The position numbers and the translations under genes are program-made. Below, piece by piece: positions 24,187 to 26,175 of a stretch of DNA of 26,175 bases. The DNA is from a virus (taxonomy: Duplodnaviria > Caudoviricetes), in IMG/VR virus record IMGVR_UViG_3300025653_005355, positions 1-26,175 of that record; one strand, written 5' to 3'. Positions within the stretch are counted from its first letter, which is position 1. The number at the start of each line of letters is the position of its first letter. The notes under the pieces were generated by a model. It was not told the origin of the DNA and did not search any database. It saw only the letters and a program-made list of their open reading frames with translations.

Positions 24187-24600
24187 GTGACTACCGAACA
24201 TCGTAAGGCCCCACGCAAGACCGTCGAGTCGATCGACCGTGTCGGCGGCTGGGGAAACGTAAAATATTTACATCATCTTGAATGCGGCCACATCGAGAGT
24301 CGCCCGCGCGCTTCGACAGCCCCAAAACTCGGGTGCGTCACATGTCTGCGTGTCAAAAATCGCCAAGAACCAGAAGGTTTACAACAAGTAAACGTCGAGG
24401 TTGTTGACTTTGGCGCTCAGATCGCCCAAGATGAAATCACCACCAACCAACTCGCTTCCCGACTGGCCAAAACACTGGGGGTCCCAACGGAAGCGATAGG
24501 TCTGCATCAAGAAATACAAGAATCTGGTAGGAGTAGCGTCCAATACGCGGTGGTCTACCTTTCAAAAGACGACATCTACCGGATCATTGGGGGACCATGA
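24187..24600 (+). CDS. Hypothetical protein with CGH...CxxC zinc finger
   Basis: LECGH...CVTC. ATGA overlap with whiB. Confidence 0.7.
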   Translation: MTTEHRKAPRKTVESIDRVGGWGNVKYLHHLECGHIESRPRASTAPKLGCVTCLRVKNRQEPEGLQQVNVEVVDFGAQIAQDEITTNQLASRLAKTLGVPTEAIGLHQEIQESGRSSVQYAVVYLSKDDIYRIIGGP

Positions 24601-24938
24601 CAGCAATACCCGAAGCGCCACCAACAGGAGGTGCCTGCAAAGGCCACGACGTCGAAATGTGGTTTCCTCTTCGAGACATGAAGAGGACACGCGACGTCCA
24701 CCGAAAAATAGAGGAAAACATCCGCAAAGCAAAAGAAATTTGCTCCGGATGCTCAGTAAAAGACCAGTGCCTCGAATACTCGCTGCACTGGGAACCATAT
24801 GGAATATGGGGTGGGCTTGACGAGTCGCAACGGCACGAGGTCCGTATAAAAAGAAACATTTTCCCTCAACGGCAAGGCATGATCAACATGCCCGGACGTG
24901 GAACAAAACGAGTGCAAAATGTTTCAACATACAAGTGA
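24597..24938 (+). CDS. whiB: WhiB-family Fe-S transcriptional regulator
   Basis: AC...WFP...AKEICSGCSVKDQCLEY...GIWGG: four Cys plus the G[IV]WGG turn. Confidence 0.95.
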   Translation: MTAIPEAPPTGGACKGHDVEMWFPLRDMKRTRDVHRKIEENIRKAKEICSGCSVKDQCLEYSLHWEPYGIWGGLDESQRHEVRIKRNIFPQRQGMINMPGRGTKRVQNVSTYK

Positions 24939-26175
24939 GTTCCTATCGAGATTAGACGGAGTCGTATCGTCAGCCAACGGGTGGGAAGCGCGATGCCCAT
25001 GCCGACAAGATGACCGAAACCCGTCGCTTTCCGTCCACGAAAACGAAGACGGCAAGATCGTTCTTTTCTGTCATCGCAACGGTGGTTGCAACACGCCAGA
25101 AATCTGCAAATCCGTAGGCTTAGACGTCAAAGACCTATGGCCCCAATCAGACCGAATCATCGACGACAACCCATACCCGAAACAAGACCGCCCCAAACTC
25201 AAATTCGTCGCCAAATACGAATATAAAGATTCCGACGGACATCTGCTATTTGAAAAAGTCCGCTACGTAGAACCTGACGGAAAGAAAACATTTCGCCAGC
25301 GTAAACCCGACGGACAAGGCGGGTGGACATACAAACTCGGCGATACACCGAAAGTCCTATACAACCTACCTGCAGTACTAAAAGCCAAAGAAGAGGGAGA
25401 CACCATCTTCCTCGTAGAAGGAGAAAAAGATGCTGACGCCCTCATCGCGCTGGGTGCTTGTGCCACGACTATGCCCGGAGGGGCAGGTAAATGGCTCGAC
25501 ATACACACTGAGGCTCTGTCTGGAGCAGTCGTGGACATCATCGTCGACAACGACGAACCCGGACGACGACACGCTCTCCTCGTCGCTCGACTCCTCGCAG
25601 ACGCTGGCAGCGATGTTGCGGTATGGAGGTGTCCTGACCATAAAGACATCTACGACCACCTACAAGCCGGACTCCCCACCACGGACGTCGTCCAAATCGA
25701 GGTTTCCGAACTCGCTGCAGAATTTGAAGGGCAAGATGTTGTCGCTGAGGAACAGCCCGAAGACGGTGAAGAACCAGAAATTGCAGAAGAAGAACTCACC
25801 CCGCAAGAACGCGCCTTACAGAAAATTGCAGAACTCCTAGAGACAGACCGCAAACCCCAATCACTCCTACTCAAAATCGCTGACATCGCCCTCGCGGGAG
25901 ATGATCAGGTTGTCGAACGAGATGAAGGCAAATTAGTCAACTGGGTTGACTTCATTGAAGAAGAAGTCGACGACTCTTACGACTGGCTGTTGCCCGGCTT
26001 GCTTGAGCGACAAGAACGAGTGATGGTGGTTGCGGCAGAGGGCGTCGGTAAAACGATGCTTGCCCGTCAAATCGCGATCTGCTCAGGCTTCGGGGTGCAC
26101 CCGTTCACCTTTCAGCGGATGCCAAAAATTCGCACCCTTACAGTTGACCTCGAAAACCCAGAGCGGATTATCCGT
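24919..26175 (+). CDS. Primase-helicase fusion (Zn-binding, TOPRIM, RepA/AAA_25-type helicase), 3'-truncated; absent from the ORF track
   Basis: Open frame from ATG 24919 to the window end: ARCPC..DDRNPSLSV...CHRNGGC, LVEGEKDAD, DNDEPG, KDIYD, then WLLPGLL...AAEGVGKT and VDLEN. Confidence 0.9.
   Translation, partial: MFQHTSEFLSRLDGVVSSANGWEARCPCRQDDRNPSLSVHENEDGKIVLFCHRNGGCNTPEICKSVGLDVKDLWPQSDRIIDDNPYPKQDRPKLKFVAKYEYKDSDGHLLFEKVRYVEPDGKKTFRQRKPDGQGGWTYKLGDTPKVLYNLPAVLKAKEEGDTIFLVEGEKDADALIALGACATTMPGGAGKWLDIHTEALSGAVVDIIVDNDEPGRRHALLVARLLADAGSDVAVWRCPDHKDIYDHLQAGLPTTDVVQIEVSELAAEFEGQDVVAEEQPEDGEEPEIAEEELTPQERALQKIAELLETDRKPQSLLLKIADIALAGDDQVVERDEGKLVNWVDFIEEEVDDSYDWLLPGLLERQERVMVVAAEGVGKTMLARQIAICSGFGVHPFTFQRMPKIRTLTVDLENPERIIR

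Noticed and set aside
1-26175. tRNA/ncRNA genes or stop-codon recoding
   Set aside because: Intergenic gaps are small with no cloverleaf seen, and genes tile densely under the standard code with TAA, TAG and TGA all used as stops.

Overview
This is a 26-kb segment of a large tailed-phage genome. The host is most likely an actinobacterium, judging from the WhiB gene and several leaderless-type TANNNT promoters. The right half is recognisable: HK97-fold major capsid gene with terminator, SNase-like nuclease, class II (B12) ribonucleotide reductase, H1-like Lys/Ala/Pro protein, four tandem 2OG-Fe(II) oxygenases, WhiB, and a Zn-finger/TOPRIM/RepA primase-helicase running off the end. The left 15 kb, directly upstream of the capsid gene, is the unusual part: a mostly translationally coupled run of very large modular proteins built on a shared grammar. 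That grammar is (i) an N-terminal leader ending in K-[AS]-L-G, (ii) a conserved D-G-D-x-D-G-x-V-x-[DE]-G...R-P tag in three proteins, (iii) about 12 copies of a G-[ML]-x-[SA]-x-R-like linker that separates domains, and (iv) C-terminal enzyme/toxin-like payloads: two homologous ADP-ribosyltransferase-like domains, a zincin, a zeta-toxin kinase and a degenerate HipA-like kinase. Three payload genes are followed by a small partner ORF. I infer a head-packaged, protease-processed polyprotein effector arsenal. All family assignments come from motif recognition by eye; no searches were run.
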